Part shown: in pieces, positions 8,685-19,274 of the stretch | Layout: every line of letters begins with the position of its first letter | Numbering within the stretch: the stretch's first letter is position 1 | From: Eubacteriales bacterium | GTDB lineage: Bacteria; Bacillota; Clostridia; Tissierellales; Dethiosulfatibacteraceae | Length of the DNA: 64,000 nt | Reading direction: 5' to 3' | Assembly: GCA_046482875.1 (NCBI GenBank) | Contig: JAWOEG010000019.1 | Coordinates: 9,605 to 73,604, forward strand | Notes under the pieces: generated by a model | Told to the model about the DNA's origin: nothing | Database searches by the model: none | What the model saw: only the letters and a program-made list of their open reading frames with translations | Made by a program: the position numbers and the translations under genes

Positions 8685-9962
8685 TCAGCTCTTTCTTGAT
8701 TCTATAAATTTAATAAGAAGATATGTTATATAAACTTTAGGCATAAAATTAATCAAATGTTTTTTGCTTAAAGTTTCTTTTTCGCTTAAATTCATTAAAT
8801 AAACTACTAAATTTTGTCTATTTATATTTGTCCAATCAAAAGACTTATACTTTCCTTTTATTAAATCTACTTTACTTGTATTTTTTAATATATTTTTGCC
8901 CTTAGTGTACTTTTCTATAACCAATTCATAAAGTTCATCTACAGTATATGATTCAATAGGATCAACTGCAAAGATTTCTGCGGCTATTTCCAAACAAGAA
9001 GGAAGTATATTTTTCATCGTAAGAGAATCATCTGAGTATTCGTGGATTCTTTTAATTAATGAATACCTTGCACTCTTAGTATTTCCTTCAGCATCTGATG
9101 CTATAATATCAAATATATCTAAAAGCTCTGTGTTGTCAATAGGGTAGAAATATTTCGAATCTGAATAATCTGAGGTTTTTTTAGATATGTAGTATTTACG
9201 ACCTGAAAATTCTCCAAAGGCCTTCATAGTATCTAAATAACCCATTTTTATTCCTCTTTTAATTTTATCTAAGTCAAACTCTAGAACACCACATATATCC
9301 TGGGAATTTTTAATTCTATAAAGATTATCAATATTTAATCCTTCAGCAGTATAGTTTCTATTTACTCCTATTCCTGAAATATCTACAATTATAATATTTT
9401 TACAACCACTTTCTGCAAGTAAAGGGGCAGGAGTGTTGTCATAAACAGCTCCATCTATGTATTTTTTACCGTTTATTTCAGGTGTTTTAAACAAGGGAAA
9501 AGCAGAAGATGCCATAATATAATCAACTAAAGCTCCTTGAGGTATATCTTTTTTCATTACCATAAAAGGCTTCATATCACTTAAAGAAAAAGTCACTAAA
9601 CCATAATCTATATGAGACTTTCTGATTTTTTCCTCATCAATTGTGTTTTTAATCATTTTTTTTAATAAAGTTGTATCAATACCCTTTTCTTTTACAGCGC
9701 TTAAAAAAAGAGTCACAGGGTTATCGTCGGAAGAATTTAGATAATCTTGTATATTTGCATTTACCCATTTTTCGTAAGCTAAGTCGTAATCTCCCTGTGC
9801 AAATAGAGCACCATTAATAGCTCCAATAGATGTTCCAGCAACAGCTTTCACTCTAATACCTATTTCATTAAAAGCTTTCCACGCACCAATCTCATAACAT
9901 CCTTTGGTACCTCCACCTGTAAATACAATTCCGTACTCTTTAGATTTATCGATTTTATTCAT
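8685..9962 (-). CDS. patatin-like phospholipase family protein
   Basis: N-terminal oxyanion-hole motif FTGGGTKG, nucleophile elbow GTSIG (GxSxG) and a DGA(V) catalytic Asp motif (YIDGAVYDN). The roughly 200-aa C-terminal region has no motif I recognise. Confidence 0.8.
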   Translation of the reverse strand: MNKIDKSKEYGIVFTGGGTKGCYEIGAWKAFNEIGIRVKAVAGTSIGAINGALFAQGDYDLAYEKWVNANIQDYLNSSDDNPVTLFLSAVKEKGIDTTLLKKMIKNTIDEEKIRKSHIDYGLVTFSLSDMKPFMVMKKDIPQGALVDYIMASSAFPLFKTPEINGKKYIDGAVYDNTPAPLLAESGCKNIIIVDISGIGVNRNYTAEGLNIDNLYRIKNSQDICGVLEFDLDKIKRGIKMGYLDTMKAFGEFSGRKYYISKKTSDYSDSKYFYPIDNTELLDIFDIIASDAEGNTKSARYSLIKRIHEYSDDSLTMKNILPSCLEIAAEIFAVDPIESYTVDELYELVIEKYTKGKNILKNTSKVDLIKGKYKSFDWTNINRQNLVVYLMNLSEKETLSKKHLINFMPKVYITYLLIKFIESRKS

Positions 9963-10031
9963 TATTTTGACCTCGCTTTTCTAGATATACTTAATAATAA
10001 CAAAAATAAAAATCTAAAACAACTGTAGAAA

Positions 10032-10060
10032 TTGATATAATTATATTTATGATGTAAAAT
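10032..10060 (+). promoter_or_regulatory. sigma-A type promoter with extended -10
   Basis: TTGATA (10032-10037), a 17-nt spacer, then TGTAAAAT with the -10 hexamer TAAAAT at 10055-10060. It lies upstream of the 74-aa ORF and the PHP phosphatase gene. Confidence 0.5.
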
Positions 10061-10080
10061 AAAACAGAAAAGGAGAAAAA

Positions 10081-10305
10081 ATGGATACTTTTAGAATAGA
10101 ATTAAAAAATCAATACGAAAGCGATATACTTACAGAGGTGTTAGAAGATTATGATATACCCTATGCATTAATAAAAAATCACAGTGTTGTTTATGATGGT
10201 ATCTTTGAAAATCAATTTGGATGGGGATACTTAGAAATAGAAAACAAATATAAAGAACAGGTAAAAAAATTATATAATGAATTTACAAAAGGAAATCAGG
10301 AGTGA
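10081..10305 (+). CDS. hypothetical small protein (74 aa)
   Basis: An ORF with a strong RBS (AAGGAGAAAAAATG), tightly coupled (5-nt gap) to the next gene. No confident family assignment. Confidence 0.5.
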   Translation: MDTFRIELKNQYESDILTEVLEDYDIPYALIKNHSVVYDGIFENQFGWGYLEIENKYKEQVKKLYNEFTKGNQE

Positions 10306-10310
10306 TATAA

Positions 10311-11150
10311 GTGAAATTTAACCTACATACCCACAGCACATATTGCGATGGTAGTAAAGAAGTGGAAGATATGATACTAGGAGCCATAAAATATAAATAC
10401 AATATTATTGGAATATCATCCCACGGACCATTGCCTTTTCCAAGCGATTGGACTATGAAAAAAGAAAAATTAAATAGTTATATAAAAGAAGTTCAGGATT
10501 TAAAAAATAAATATAAAGACAAGATCAAAGTATTACTTGGATTAGAGCTTGATTATATAGTTGATTATAAGATGAAGTATATAGACAAAAAGACTTTTGA
10601 TAGCTTAGATTATTGGATAGGTTCAGTACATTTTCTTGGGAAAAACCAGAATAATGGATATTGGACGGTTGATTATAATTTAGAAGAGTTAAAACAGGGT
10701 ATAAAAGAATCCTTTGATGGAGATGTTGAGAAGGCAGTCTGTCAGTATTACAATTACATGGGAGATATGATAGAAAATTATAACCCTCCTATACTTGGAC
10801 ATCTTGACTTAATAAAGAAAAACAATGAAGGTGGAATTTTATTCAACGAAAGCCATAGATGGTATAGAAAATCTGTATTGTCCTTACTAGATAAAATTAA
10901 AATCTCGAAAACCGTTGTTGAGTTAAATACAGGTGGCAAATATAGAGGATATTCAGACAGTTATTATCCCAGCAATTGGATATTAAAAGAAATAAATGAC
11001 AAAAACATACCTGTTACAATAAGTAGAGATGCTCACGATATTGAAAGTTTGGATTATGAATATGAAGAATCCATTGAGCTGCTAAAAAAAATTGGATTCA
11101 ATAGCATACACTATTTTAACGGAAAAAAATGGTGTGAATTAAAGATATAA
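10311..11150 (+). CDS. PHP-domain phosphoesterase, histidinol-phosphatase (HisJ) family
   Basis: GTG start. The N-terminal LHTHSTYCDGS metal-binding motif, internal SSHGP and SVHF motifs, and C-terminal SRDAHD are typical of the HisJ/PHP family. No his genes are nearby, so the physiological substrate is uncertain. Confidence 0.75.
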   Translation: MKFNLHTHSTYCDGSKEVEDMILGAIKYKYNIIGISSHGPLPFPSDWTMKKEKLNSYIKEVQDLKNKYKDKIKVLLGLELDYIVDYKMKYIDKKTFDSLDYWIGSVHFLGKNQNNGYWTVDYNLEELKQGIKESFDGDVEKAVCQYYNYMGDMIENYNPPILGHLDLIKKNNEGGILFNESHRWYRKSVLSLLDKIKISKTVVELNTGGKYRGYSDSYYPSNWILKEINDKNIPVTISRDAHDIESLDYEYEESIELLKKIGFNSIHYFNGKKWCELKI

Positions 11151-11163
11151 CAAGGGAGGAAAT

Positions 11164-11328
11164 ATGGCATTAAGATTAAAAATGATTGGCGGAACAATAT
11201 TTATAATTTTAATTTTACTATCTTATTTTATAGAAGGCTTGAGAAACCAACCTTTTATTTCTATTATAATGATAACAAGTTTAATAGTATGTGCATTAGG
11301 ATTTTATATTGAAAGGAGAAAAAAATGA
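11164..11328 (+). CDS. small membrane protein (54 aa, two TM segments)
   Basis: This ORF is below the track cutoff: MALRLKMIGGTIFIILILLSYFIEGLRNQPFISIIMITSLIVCALGFYIERRKK*. GGGAGG RBS upstream. Its stop overlaps the next gene's start (ATGA at 11325-11328). Confidence 0.45.
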   Translation: MALRLKMIGGTIFIILILLSYFIEGLRNQPFISIIMITSLIVCALGFYIERRKK

Positions 11329-12950
11329 GTAAGAAAAAAAGAATTTATAAAAATGGAAAAATCCACATAATGGATGAAAAAAGAAAAATTGTTGATTCTA
11401 TTTATATAGAAGAAGGTAAAGTAAAAGATTTTGGTGAGTTCAATTATTTGAAGAAAAAGTATGATATAACAGATAAAAATATTGTAGATTTAGAAGGTAA
11501 AACAACTTTGCCTGGATTTAACGATTCTCATATGCATATTTTAAAATATGGTGAAAGCTTAGAAAGTGTAGACCTAAAAGGAGTAAGATCTGTAAATGAA
11601 ATTATTGAAAGATGTAAAGATTTTCTTAATAAAAACAAATTAAGAGAAGAACAATGGTTGGTAGGAACTGGATGGAATCAAGATTTATTTTCAAAGAATG
11701 AGTTTCCTAACAAAAATGATTTAGATAAAATCTCCACAGAAATTCCTATTGCCCTATCTAGAATATGTACACATATTACAGTTTGTAACTCAAAGGCGAT
11801 TGAGATTATGGGAGTAAATAAGGAAACAAAGGTTGAAGGTGGAGAAATAGAGAAGGATGAAGAGGGTAATTTAACCGGAATGTTTAAAGAAAATGCCAAC
11901 AGTTTCATAAACAAAGCTAAACCGGTATTAACGTTGGATGATATAAAAGTCATATTAGAAAAAGCTACTAAAAGCCTTGAAAAGTATGGGTTGACGAGCA
12001 TACAAAGTGATGACATTCAGCATGGAGGTAAATCCTGGGAAACTGTAATACAAGCTTATAAGGAATTATATAAAGAAGGAAAAATAAATATAAGAATAAA
12101 TCAGCAAAGTTTATTTTTTGATATTAAAGAATATTTAGATTTCATAGATAAAAAGGTACATAAACTTAAAATTGATAATAAATTTAAAGTAGGTCCTCTA
12201 AAATTATTAGGAGATGGTTCTTTGGGAGCTAGAACTGCTTACTTAAGTCAACCTTACCATGATGATAAAAGTAAAACCGGCATGACAGCTTATACTCCAG
12301 AACAATTAGACGAGTTTGTATTAACAGCATGTAAAAATGGAAAAGCAGTTGCTATTCATTCTATTGGAGATAAGATGATGCATATGGCTTTTGACAGTAT
12401 AGAAAAAGCCACAAAAAATACAGGAAAAGAATTAAGACATGGGATAGTTCACTGTCAAATAACTACAAAAAGTTTATTTGAAAGATTCCAAAAAAATAAT
12501 GTATCTGCTTATATACAACCTATATTTGCGTCATCAGATTGGGAAGTTGCACCGAAAAGAGTAGGAAATGAAAGAGCAAAATATACCTATAACTGGAAAA
12601 GATATTACGATATGGATATTATTGCTTCTTTTGGAACAGACAGTCCTGTTGAAAGTCCAAGTCCTATTGAAAATATTTACTCAGCAGTAACTAGACAGGA
12701 TTTTTATGGCAATCCAGAAAAGGGATGGCTTCCAGAACAAAAACTTACTGTAGATCAATCTATAGTAGGATACACATATAATTCAGCGTATATGTCATAT
12801 GAAGAAGATATAAAAGGTACTTTAGAAATAGGTAAGCTAGCAGATATGGTTGTAATTAGTGAAGAGATATATAACATTATACCAGCTAAAATAAAGGATA
12901 TAGAAGTAGAAAAGACAATAATTGATGGAGAAGTAGTTTACGAAAAATAA
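11325..12950 (+). CDS. amidohydrolase-family metallo-hydrolase (YtcJ-like, amidohydrolase_3)
   Basis: 541 aa. HxH metal motif in LPGFNDSHMHIL, a later HSIGD and a C-terminal GTDSPVE motif. A composite beta-sandwich N/C-terminus (KLADMVVIS...IIDGEVVY) is typical of the family. Confidence 0.8.
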   Translation: MSKKKRIYKNGKIHIMDEKRKIVDSIYIEEGKVKDFGEFNYLKKKYDITDKNIVDLEGKTTLPGFNDSHMHILKYGESLESVDLKGVRSVNEIIERCKDFLNKNKLREEQWLVGTGWNQDLFSKNEFPNKNDLDKISTEIPIALSRICTHITVCNSKAIEIMGVNKETKVEGGEIEKDEEGNLTGMFKENANSFINKAKPVLTLDDIKVILEKATKSLEKYGLTSIQSDDIQHGGKSWETVIQAYKELYKEGKINIRINQQSLFFDIKEYLDFIDKKVHKLKIDNKFKVGPLKLLGDGSLGARTAYLSQPYHDDKSKTGMTAYTPEQLDEFVLTACKNGKAVAIHSIGDKMMHMAFDSIEKATKNTGKELRHGIVHCQITTKSLFERFQKNNVSAYIQPIFASSDWEVAPKRVGNERAKYTYNWKRYYDMDIIASFGTDSPVESPSPIENIYSAVTRQDFYGNPEKGWLPEQKLTVDQSIVGYTYNSAYMSYEEDIKGTLEIGKLADMVVISEEIYNIIPAKIKDIEVEKTIIDGEVVYEK

Positions 12951-12965
12951 ATAAAAATTAAGGAA

Positions 12966-12999
12966 ATAAAGTTCGTTATAAAGCGAACTTTATTTTTTT
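12966..12999 (+). terminator. rho-independent terminator after the amidohydrolase gene
   Basis: Stem ATAAAGTTCG (12966-12975) / CGAACTTTAT (12984-12993), followed by TTTTTT. Confidence 0.75.
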
Positions 13000-13026
13000 A
13001 TATTTAAATAAGCAACCGGAATTCTG

Positions 13027-13055
13027 TTGACATTCAAAACTATATTTTGTATTAT
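13027..13055 (+). promoter_or_regulatory. sigma-A promoter of the purine biosynthesis operon
   Basis: TTGACA (13027-13032), a 17-nt spacer, then TATTAT (13050-13055). It lies about 30 nt upstream of the purL RBS AAGGAGAG. Confidence 0.65.
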
Positions 13056-13085
13056 ATTAGTACAAAAAGAAAAAAGGAGAGTTGA

Positions 13086-16000
13086 ATGAATTCCGAAGTT
13101 TATAGAATATTTGTAGAGAAGAAAACTATATTTAATACAGAAAACAAAAATCTTCTTAAAGATTTTAAGAAAAATTTGAATATAAGGAATTTGGTAAGCA
13201 TAAGGTTGATAAATAGATATGATATTTCTAATATTTCTAAAGAGGAATTTGAAAAATCTATTTTTAAAGTTTTTGCAGAAAAAAACCAAGATAATGTTTT
13301 TTTTGAAAAAATAAATTATTCAGGAAATACTTTTGGAGTTGAATATTTGCCTGGACAATTTGATCAACGTTCAGATTCTGCTTCACAATGTCTTCAAATT
13401 ATTACTGGCAAAGAAAAACCTTTAGTAAAATATGCAGAAATTATTGTTTTACAAGGAGATTTAACTCAGAAAGAAATAAAAAAGATAAAAAAATACTATA
13501 TTAATCCGGTAGATTCTAGAGAAGCATCTCTTCTTAAACCACTTACCTTAGAGATGGTATATCCAGAACCACCGGATGTTTCTATTTGCAGAGGGTTTTT
13601 AAATTATTCATCTGAAGAACTCGAAAAATTTATTGAAGATAATTCTCTAGCTATGAATATTGATGATATAAAATTTTGCCAAAATTATTTTAAGGAAAAA
13701 GAAAAAAGAGATCCTTCTATTACAGAATTAAAGGTAATAGACACTTACTGGTCAGATCACTGCAGACATACTACATTTTCAACTAAAATTAATAATATTA
13801 CTTTTGAAAAAGGCATATTTACAGAAAGAATAAAAGAATCATATAAAAGTTATTTGAATTCAAGAAAATTTGTCTACGATAAAAGAAAAAAAGATATTAA
13901 TTTAATGGATTTAGCTACTATTAATTCAAAAGAAATCCGAAAAGAAGGACTACTCAAGGATTTAGAGATATCAGATGAAATAAATGCTTGTAGCATAGAA
14001 GCAAAAGTTGACGTAGATGGTAAAGATGAAGATTGGCTTATAATGTTTAAAAATGAAACTCACAATCATCCTACAGAAATAGAGCCTTACGGTGGTGCTG
14101 CAACATGTTTAGGTGGAGCTATAAGAGATCCTCTTTCTGGTAGATCTTATGTTTATCAAGGCATGAGAGTAACTGGAAGTGGTGATCCAAGAAGAAAAAT
14201 AGAAGATACCATAGAAGGAAAATTACCGCAAATAAAAATAACAAAAGAAGCAGCTAGAGGATTTAGTTCATATGGTAATCAAATAGGTTTGGCTTCTGGA
14301 CAAATAAAAGAATATTACAACGAAGGATTTTTAGCAAAACGAATGGAAGTTGGGGCTGTAATCGCAGCAGCGCCTAAAAAAAATGTTAAAAGAGAAAAAC
14401 CAAAGCCTGGAGATAGTATTCTACTTGTGGGAGGGAAAACTGGAAGAGATGGATGTGGAGGAGCTACTGGCTCATCTAAAGTTCATACCGAAGAATCCAT
14501 AGAGGAATGTAGTTCTGAAGTACAGAAAGGTAATCCACCAGAAGAAAGAAAAATTCAAAGGCTTTTTAGAAATCCAGAAGCAAGTAAATTGATTAAAAAG
14601 TGTAATGATTTCGGTGCTGGAGGAGTATCAGTTGCTATTGGAGAATTAGCAGAAGGTTTGAGAATAAACTTAGATTTAGTACCAAAAAAATATGAAGGTT
14701 TAGATGGGACTGAGTTAGCAATTTCAGAATCTCAGGAACGTATGGCTGTATTAATAAATAATTTGGATAAAGAAAAATTTATTCAATTAGCAGTAGAGGA
14801 AAACTTAGAATGTACAAAAGTTGCAGAAGTAACAGAAGAGAAAAGACTTATAATGACTTGGCGAGGAAAAAAAATATTAAATATTTCAAGAAAATTTTTA
14901 GATACAAACGGTGTAAGTCAAAATACAGATGTACATTTAACAGAGCCTAATAAAAAAACTTATTTTGAAAAAAATACAAATATAGAGGATTTAGAAACTA
15001 AATTTTTGAAGAATTTAGAAGATTTAAATGTATCTAGTCAAAAAGGGTTAGTTGAAATGTTTGACTCTACAGTGGGGTCTACAAATTTACTGATGCCTTT
15101 TGGTGGAAAGTATAAACTTACTCCTATTGATGGAATGGTATCTAAGATACCTGTTGAAAATGCAGATACAAGCACCTGTACTATAATGACCCACGGTTAT
15201 GACCCTAATTTGGCTATCTGGAGTCCTTATCACGGAGCTATGTTTGCCGTCCTTAGTTCTGTAGCAAAAGTTGTAGCTTTAGGAGGAGACTATAAAAAAA
15301 TCAGACTATCTCTACAAGAATATTTTGAAAGATTGAATTTTGATTCTAAAAAATGGGGTAAACCTTTTAGTGCTTTACTAGGCGCCTATGATGTACAGAA
15401 AAATTTAAGCATACCTGCAATAGGGGGAAAAGATAGTATGTCTGGAACATTCAAAGATTTAAATGTTCCGCCTACCCTAATTAGTTTTGCTGTATGTATT
15501 AGTAAAGTTCATAATATTATATCACCGGAATTCAAAAAAACAGATTCCAAAATAGTGCAGGTGTCAATTAATAAAAATAAAGACCTTACACCTGATTATG
15601 AAGATATGAAAACTAAATATGATAGAATACATAAATTGATTAAAAACAAAAATATTTTATCAGCTTCAGCAGTTGGTTATGGAGGTTCAGCAAGCACTAT
15701 TAGCAAGATGTGTTTAGGAAATAAAATAGGACTTGACTTTAATGAAAATTACAACTTGGAAAATATTTTTATTCCCTCTTATGGAGATATAATTTTGGAA
15801 GTAAAAGATTTAAAGAATTTAGATAAGTTAGAATATGAAATTTTAGGTAAAACTACTAAAAAACCATTTATAAATATAAATGGTAAGAATATAAGCCTAG
15901 AAAAAGTTAAAAAGTCTTGGGAAAAGCCATTGGGAAATGTATTTAAAATAAAAGAGAATCATGTAGGAAAAATCAAGAAATTTAAATACGAGAGTCAAGA

Positions 16001-16838
16001 TAACTCGAAACTTAAAAGTATAAATACTTTAAAAGGAAAGAAACCAAAAGTTTTTATTCCTATATTTCCTGGAACAAATTGTGAATACGATACAGGCAAA
16101 GTATTTGAAAAAGCAGGTGGGAAAGTGAGTTATCAAGTATTTAAAAATCAATCTTCAAAAGATATAGAAGAATCTATAAAAGTGATGTCAAAGAATATTT
16201 CAAGTTCAAATATTATAGCCATACCAGGGGGTTTTAGTGCAGGGGATGAACCTGATGGTTCCGGTAAGTTTATAACTTCTGTTTTTAGAAACTCATATGT
16301 AGCAGATTCTGTTATGGATTTAATAAAAAATAAAGATGGATTGATAATAGGCATTTGCAATGGATTTCAAGCTCTGATAAAACTAGGATTAGTTCAATAC
16401 GGTGAAATAACAAATATAAAAGAAGACTTCCCTACCCTAACTTTTAATAAAATAGGAAGACATATATCAACCTTTGTAAAGACAAAAATTACTTCAGATC
16501 TATCACCATGGTACAGTGGATGTAGCCTAGGTGATATTCATCATATACCTGTATCCCATGGAGAAGGAAGATTTGTAGCTAATGAAGATTGGATAAAAAG
16601 ACTTGAAAGAAATGGACAGATATCAACTCAATACGTAGATGATAAAAACAACCCATCCTACGATGGTGAATTTAATCCAAACGGTTCTCTATATGCTGTT
16701 GAATCTATCACCAGTCCTGATGGAAGGATATTAGGAAAAATGGGTCATTCTGAAAGAGTAGGTTCAAATTTATACAAAAATATATACGGAGATAAGAATC
16801 AAAGAATATTTGAATCAGGAGTGAACTACTTTAGGTAA
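13086..16838 (+). CDS. purL: phosphoribosylformylglycinamidine (FGAM) synthase, single-chain large form (PurS/PurL/PurQ fused)
   Basis: 1250 aa. It has AIR-synthase-like repeats (HNHPTEIEPYGGAATCLGGAIRD, DFGAGGVSVAIGEL) and a C-terminal glutamine amidotransferase domain with the nucleophile motif GICNGFQAL and HGEGRF. Confidence 0.95.
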   Translation: MNSEVYRIFVEKKTIFNTENKNLLKDFKKNLNIRNLVSIRLINRYDISNISKEEFEKSIFKVFAEKNQDNVFFEKINYSGNTFGVEYLPGQFDQRSDSASQCLQIITGKEKPLVKYAEIIVLQGDLTQKEIKKIKKYYINPVDSREASLLKPLTLEMVYPEPPDVSICRGFLNYSSEELEKFIEDNSLAMNIDDIKFCQNYFKEKEKRDPSITELKVIDTYWSDHCRHTTFSTKINNITFEKGIFTERIKESYKSYLNSRKFVYDKRKKDINLMDLATINSKEIRKEGLLKDLEISDEINACSIEAKVDVDGKDEDWLIMFKNETHNHPTEIEPYGGAATCLGGAIRDPLSGRSYVYQGMRVTGSGDPRRKIEDTIEGKLPQIKITKEAARGFSSYGNQIGLASGQIKEYYNEGFLAKRMEVGAVIAAAPKKNVKREKPKPGDSILLVGGKTGRDGCGGATGSSKVHTEESIEECSSEVQKGNPPEERKIQRLFRNPEASKLIKKCNDFGAGGVSVAIGELAEGLRINLDLVPKKYEGLDGTELAISESQERMAVLINNLDKEKFIQLAVEENLECTKVAEVTEEKRLIMTWRGKKILNISRKFLDTNGVSQNTDVHLTEPNKKTYFEKNTNIEDLETKFLKNLEDLNVSSQKGLVEMFDSTVGSTNLLMPFGGKYKLTPIDGMVSKIPVENADTSTCTIMTHGYDPNLAIWSPYHGAMFAVLSSVAKVVALGGDYKKIRLSLQEYFERLNFDSKKWGKPFSALLGAYDVQKNLSIPAIGGKDSMSGTFKDLNVPPTLISFAVCISKVHNIISPEFKKTDSKIVQVSINKNKDLTPDYEDMKTKYDRIHKLIKNKNILSASAVGYGGSASTISKMCLGNKIGLDFNENYNLENIFIPSYGDIILEVKDLKNLDKLEYEILGKTTKKPFININGKNISLEKVKKSWEKPLGNVFKIKENHVGKIKKFKYESQDNSKLKSINTLKGKKPKVFIPIFPGTNCEYDTGKVFEKAGGKVSYQVFKNQSSKDIEESIKVMSKNISSSNIIAIPGGFSAGDEPDGSGKFITSVFRNSYVADSVMDLIKNKDGLIIGICNGFQALIKLGLVQYGEITNIKEDFPTLTFNKIGRHISTFVKTKITSDLSPWYSGCSLGDIHHIPVSHGEGRFVANEDWIKRLERNGQISTQYVDDKNNPSYDGEFNPNGSLYAVESITSPDGRILGKMGHSERVGSNLYKNIYGDKNQRIFESGVNYFR

Positions 16839-16885
16839 AACAAATATTATAATTAGAAATTAATACAAAAAAAGGATGTGTAATT

Positions 16886-18040
16886 ATGAATCCAAAAAAA
16901 TTCACAATTGGAATAATAGGTGGAGGACAACTGGGTAAAATGTTAACCAGAGAAGCTAAACAAATGGATTTTAGTGTCATAGCTTTAGATCCAACTCCTG
17001 GATCACCAGGTGGTAGTATGGCTGACGAACAAATAATAGGAAATTTTTATGATAAAGATAAGATAATAGAACTAGTTAAGAAGTGTGATGTAACCACCTT
17101 TGAAATAGAACATATTGATACAGAAGTTTTAGCTGAACTTGAAAAAGAAGGACATAAAATATACCCTTCTCCAAAGGTTTTAGAAATTATTAAGGATAAG
17201 TCTTTACAAAAAGAAATGTTGATGGAAAATAATATACCTACATCAAGATGGGAGATAATATCTGACCTGGGAGAAACCGGAAAAAGCTTGGGCTTTCCCT
17301 TTATACAAAAATCCTGTATGGGAGGATATGATGGCAGAGGAGTTTTCCTTATTGGAGGAGAAAAAGATTTTGAAAATGCACTTAAAGTAGAAAGCTTTGG
17401 AGAAGAATATATAGACTTTAAAAAAGAATTAGCCGTTCTTGTTTCAAGAGATATAGATGGCAAAATAAAGAGCTTTCCTATTGTTGAAATGGTCTTTGAT
17501 CAAGATGCAAATATTTGTGATACCGTAATTGCTCCTGCTAGAGTAGATGGTATTATAGCAGATAAGGCAAGAGATATTGCGATAAAGTGTATAGAAGTAC
17601 TTGAGGGAGTAGGTGTTTTTGCAGTAGAAATGTTTCTGACAGATGAAAATGAAATTCTTGTGAATGAAATAGCTCCTAGAGTTCATAATTCAGGACATTT
17701 CACTATAGAAGCCTGTATGACCTCCCAATTTCAACAGCATATTAGAGCTATTTGTGGAATTCCTTTAGGAGAAACAGATTCCTTAATTCCATCAGTGGTT
17801 GTAAACATTCTAGGAGAAGAAGATGAAAAAGGAAGTCCATACTATAAAGGTTTTAAAGAAGCTTTAGAAATATCTGGTGTAAACATACACATATACGGTA
17901 AAGACCTAGTAAAACCCTATAGAAAAATGGGCCATGTAACCATCAGTGATAGGGATATAGAAAAAGCTATATATAAAGCAGGAAAGGTAAAGAAAATTTT
18001 AAAAGCTATAGCAAAGGAGGAAGATAAGTATGAAAAATAA
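16886..18040 (+). CDS. purK: 5-(carboxyamino)imidazole ribonucleotide synthase (ATP-grasp)
   Basis: 384 aa with N-terminal [12 protein letters not shown] and an ATP-grasp core. It precedes purE. Confidence 0.9.
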   Translation: MNPKKFTIGIIGGGQLGKMLTREAKQMDFSVIALDPTPGSPGGSMADEQIIGNFYDKDKIIELVKKCDVTTFEIEHIDTEVLAELEKEGHKIYPSPKVLEIIKDKSLQKEMLMENNIPTSRWEIISDLGETGKSLGFPFIQKSCMGGYDGRGVFLIGGEKDFENALKVESFGEEYIDFKKELAVLVSRDIDGKIKSFPIVEMVFDQDANICDTVIAPARVDGIIADKARDIAIKCIEVLEGVGVFAVEMFLTDENEILVNEIAPRVHNSGHFTIEACMTSQFQQHIRAICGIPLGETDSLIPSVVVNILGEEDEKGSPYYKGFKEALEISGVNIHIYGKDLVKPYRKMGHVTISDRDIEKAIYKAGKVKKILKAIAKEEDKYEK

Positions 18041-18545
18041 TATATCAGTAGGGATTATAATGGGGAGTGATTCTGATTTACCTATTATGCAGGAATCAGC
18101 TAAAATACTAGATTATTTTGAAATTGAGTATGAATTAACTATAGTTTCAGCCCATAGAACTCCAGAAAGACTTGTTGATTACGCAAAAAAAGGAAAATCA
18201 AAAGGGATTCAGGTTATCATAGCAGGAGCAGGCGGGGCAGCTCATCTTCCTGGGATGATAGCATCAATAAGTGAGCTACCTGTTATAGGTGTGCCTATCA
18301 AAACATCTACCTTAAATGGACTAGATTCATTACTGTCCATAGTTCAAATGCCTAGGGGTGTTCCAGTAGCAACCGTAGCAATAAATGGAGCTAAAAACGC
18401 AGGAATATTAGCTGCAGAAATTCTTGGCTTAAAAGAAAGTGGTATTCAAGAAAAAGTGTTAAAATACAAAGAAAATATGAAAAAAGAAGTAATAAAAAAA
18501 GCGGATAATATAGAAAAAATTGGATATAAAGAATATTTAAAATAA
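18030..18545 (+). CDS. purE: 5-(carboxyamino)imidazole ribonucleotide mutase
   Basis: 171 aa with the motifs [18 protein letters not shown] and [10 protein letters not shown]. Confidence 0.95.
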   Translation: MKNNISVGIIMGSDSDLPIMQESAKILDYFEIEYELTIVSAHRTPERLVDYAKKGKSKGIQVIIAGAGGAAHLPGMIASISELPVIGVPIKTSTLNGLDSLLSIVQMPRGVPVATVAINGAKNAGILAAEILGLKESGIQEKVLKYKENMKKEVIKKADNIEKIGYKEYLK

Positions 18546-18558
18546 GGAGGTATATACT

Positions 18559-19257
18559 ATGAAAAAAGAAATGATTTATGAAGGAAAAGCAAAGAAAGTT
18601 TATAAAACAGAGGATAATGACAAATATATAGTAGAGTACAAAGATGATGCTACAGCTTTTGATGGAAAGAAAAAGGGAACTATAGTAGGCAAAGGAGTTG
18701 TAAACAACAAGATGTCTGCAGCTATGTTTATGCTTCTAGAAGAAGAAGGTGTACCAACTCATATGATAGAACTTATTAATGATAGAGAATCTTTGGTAAA
18801 AGCCGTTAAAATATTGCCAATAGAAGTTATTGTAAGAAATGTAGCAGCTGGCTCATTGGCAAAAAGACTTGGGTTGGAAGAAGGTACAGTAATGGATAAA
18901 ACTGTATTAGAATTTTGTTACAAAAACGATGATTTAGGTGATCCTATGATAAATGATTACCATATAGCTGCTTTGAATTTAGCATCCGAAGACCAGTTAA
19001 GTGAAGTAAGAAAATATGCATTTAAAATAAACAAGGTATTAGTAAAGTATTTTAAAGACAAAAATATTCGATTAATAGATTTTAAACTAGAATTTGGACT
19101 ATACAAAGGGAAAGTTATACTAGCAGATGAAATATCTCCTGATACTTGTAGATTGTGGGATGCTAAATCTGACAAAAAATTAGATAAAGATAGATTTAGA
19201 AGAGATTTAGGAAATGTAGAAGAAACCTATCAAGAAGTATTGAAAAGAATTCAATGA
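18559..19257 (+). CDS. purC: phosphoribosylaminoimidazole-succinocarboxamide synthase
   Basis: 232 aa. The N-terminus [21 protein letters not shown] and DKDRFRRD are SAICAR synthase signatures. Confidence 0.95.
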   Translation: MKKEMIYEGKAKKVYKTEDNDKYIVEYKDDATAFDGKKKGTIVGKGVVNNKMSAAMFMLLEEEGVPTHMIELINDRESLVKAVKILPIEVIVRNVAAGSLAKRLGLEEGTVMDKTVLEFCYKNDDLGDPMINDYHIAALNLASEDQLSEVRKYAFKINKVLVKYFKDKNIRLIDFKLEFGLYKGKVILADEISPDTCRLWDAKSDKKLDKDRFRRDLGNVEETYQEVLKRIQ

Positions 19258-19274
19258 TGGAGGATTTAGCTTTG

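Noticed and set aside
8685-9962. Patatin-like lipase read as a CBASS-type or other anti-phage effector
   Set aside because: No adjacent cyclase/nucleotidyltransferase, sensor or other defence-associated genes are present. The flanking genes are salvage transport and housekeeping genes, and nothing suggests a mobile or island context.
12990-13289. 99-aa minus-strand ORF across the pur promoter and the purL 5' end
   Set aside because: It is antisense to a confidently identified gene and its promoter. The peptide is low-complexity and Phe/Ile/Lys-rich, as expected from AT-rich antisense frames.
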